In this document: positions 63,842 to 64,000 of the stretch, piece after piece
How positions within the stretch are numbered: the stretch's first letter is position 1
Layout of the letters: each line of letters opens with the position of its first letter
Notes under the pieces: model-generated
The model's input: the letters and a program-made list of their open reading frames with translations, nothing else
Told to the model about the DNA's origin: nothing
Database searches by the model: none
Assembly: GCA_963675755.2 (NCBI GenBank)
Contig: CAXXMD010000001.1
Coordinates: 127,209 to 191,208 of the forward strand
Source: a bacterium
Lineage (GTDB): Bacteria > Zhuqueibacterota > Zhuqueibacteria > Residuimicrobiales > Krinioviventaceae
Length of the DNA stretch: 64,000 nucleotides
Direction: 5' to 3'
Made by a program: the position numbers and the translations under genes

Positions 63842-64000
63842 ATGGCTAAAGAATCAGCAATTAAAATTGATGGAACTATTTTAGAAACTTTACCCAATGC
63901 TACATTTAAAGTAGAATTGGAAAATGGGCATGTAGTATTGGCCCATATCTCTGGTAAAATGAGAATGCATTTTATTAAAATTTTGCCAGGCGATAAAGTG
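63842..64000 (+). CDS. infA: translation initiation factor IF-1, 3' end cut by window edge
   Basis: My translation is [53 protein letters not shown], the classic IF-1 S1 fold. Follows map as in the spc/alpha region. Confidence 0.93.
   Translation, partial: MAKESAIKIDGTILETLPNATFKVELENGHVVLAHISGKMRMHFIKILPGDKV

Noticed and set aside
1-64000. Looked for CRISPR arrays, IS elements/transposases, integrases, phage or toxin-antitoxin genes, rRNA genes, and group I/II introns
   Set aside because: I saw no spaced direct-repeat arrays, no terminal inverted repeats flanking ORFs, and no recombinase-like ORFs. Apart from the unexplained rpsG-fusA spacer, every gap longer than about 100 nt can be read as a promoter or terminator region or as the tRNA cluster.

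Overview
AT-rich bacterial chromosomal segment that is almost entirely core housekeeping DNA. I saw no rRNA, CRISPR array, transposase, integrase or phage gene. Layout: (i) 1-11970 (+): a compact division/cell-wall cluster, rsmH-ftsL-ftsI-murF-mraY-ftsW-murG-ftsQ(like)-ftsA-small ORF-ftsZ. murF is split by an apparent 1-nt frameshift, and murE, murD, murC, murB and ddl are absent. (ii) rpmB and a secreted DUF2252-like protein. (iii) 13717-25718 (-): a 12-kb same-strand array of central-carbon genes. In plus-strand coordinate order these are an Ldh_2-type dehydrogenase, aconitase A, lutC-lutB-lutA, an isocitrate-dehydrogenase-like gene, two uncharacterised genes and a homocitrate/Re-citrate-synthase-like gene. 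(iv) TPR and SPOR proteins, then yebC-ruvC-ruvA-ruvB-queA-ispD-ispF-cysS. (v) 34055-64000 (+): one contiguous translation/transcription supercluster, tRNA-Thr/Tyr/Gly/Thr-tuf-rpmG-tRNA-Trp-secE-nusG-rplKAJL-rpoBC-rpsLG-fusA-tuf-S10 and spc operons-secY-adk-map-infA. The best candidate for something undescribed is the gene pair at 21972-24354. It encodes a 630-aa protein with a gamma-glutamyl-cyclotransferase-like N-terminus and a possible glutamine-synthetase-fold amidoligase core, plus a 170-aa helical protein. Both are translationally coupled into the Re-citrate-synthase/IDH operon. Other points worth a second look are two near-identical tuf copies whose identity stops exactly at the CDS borders, an unexplained 235-nt rpsG-fusA spacer, a small ORF between ftsA and ftsZ, a shared ACTTGATTTT promoter motif, and a terminator-like hairpin inside the tRNA operon. 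All family calls come from motif recognition by eye. No database search was run.
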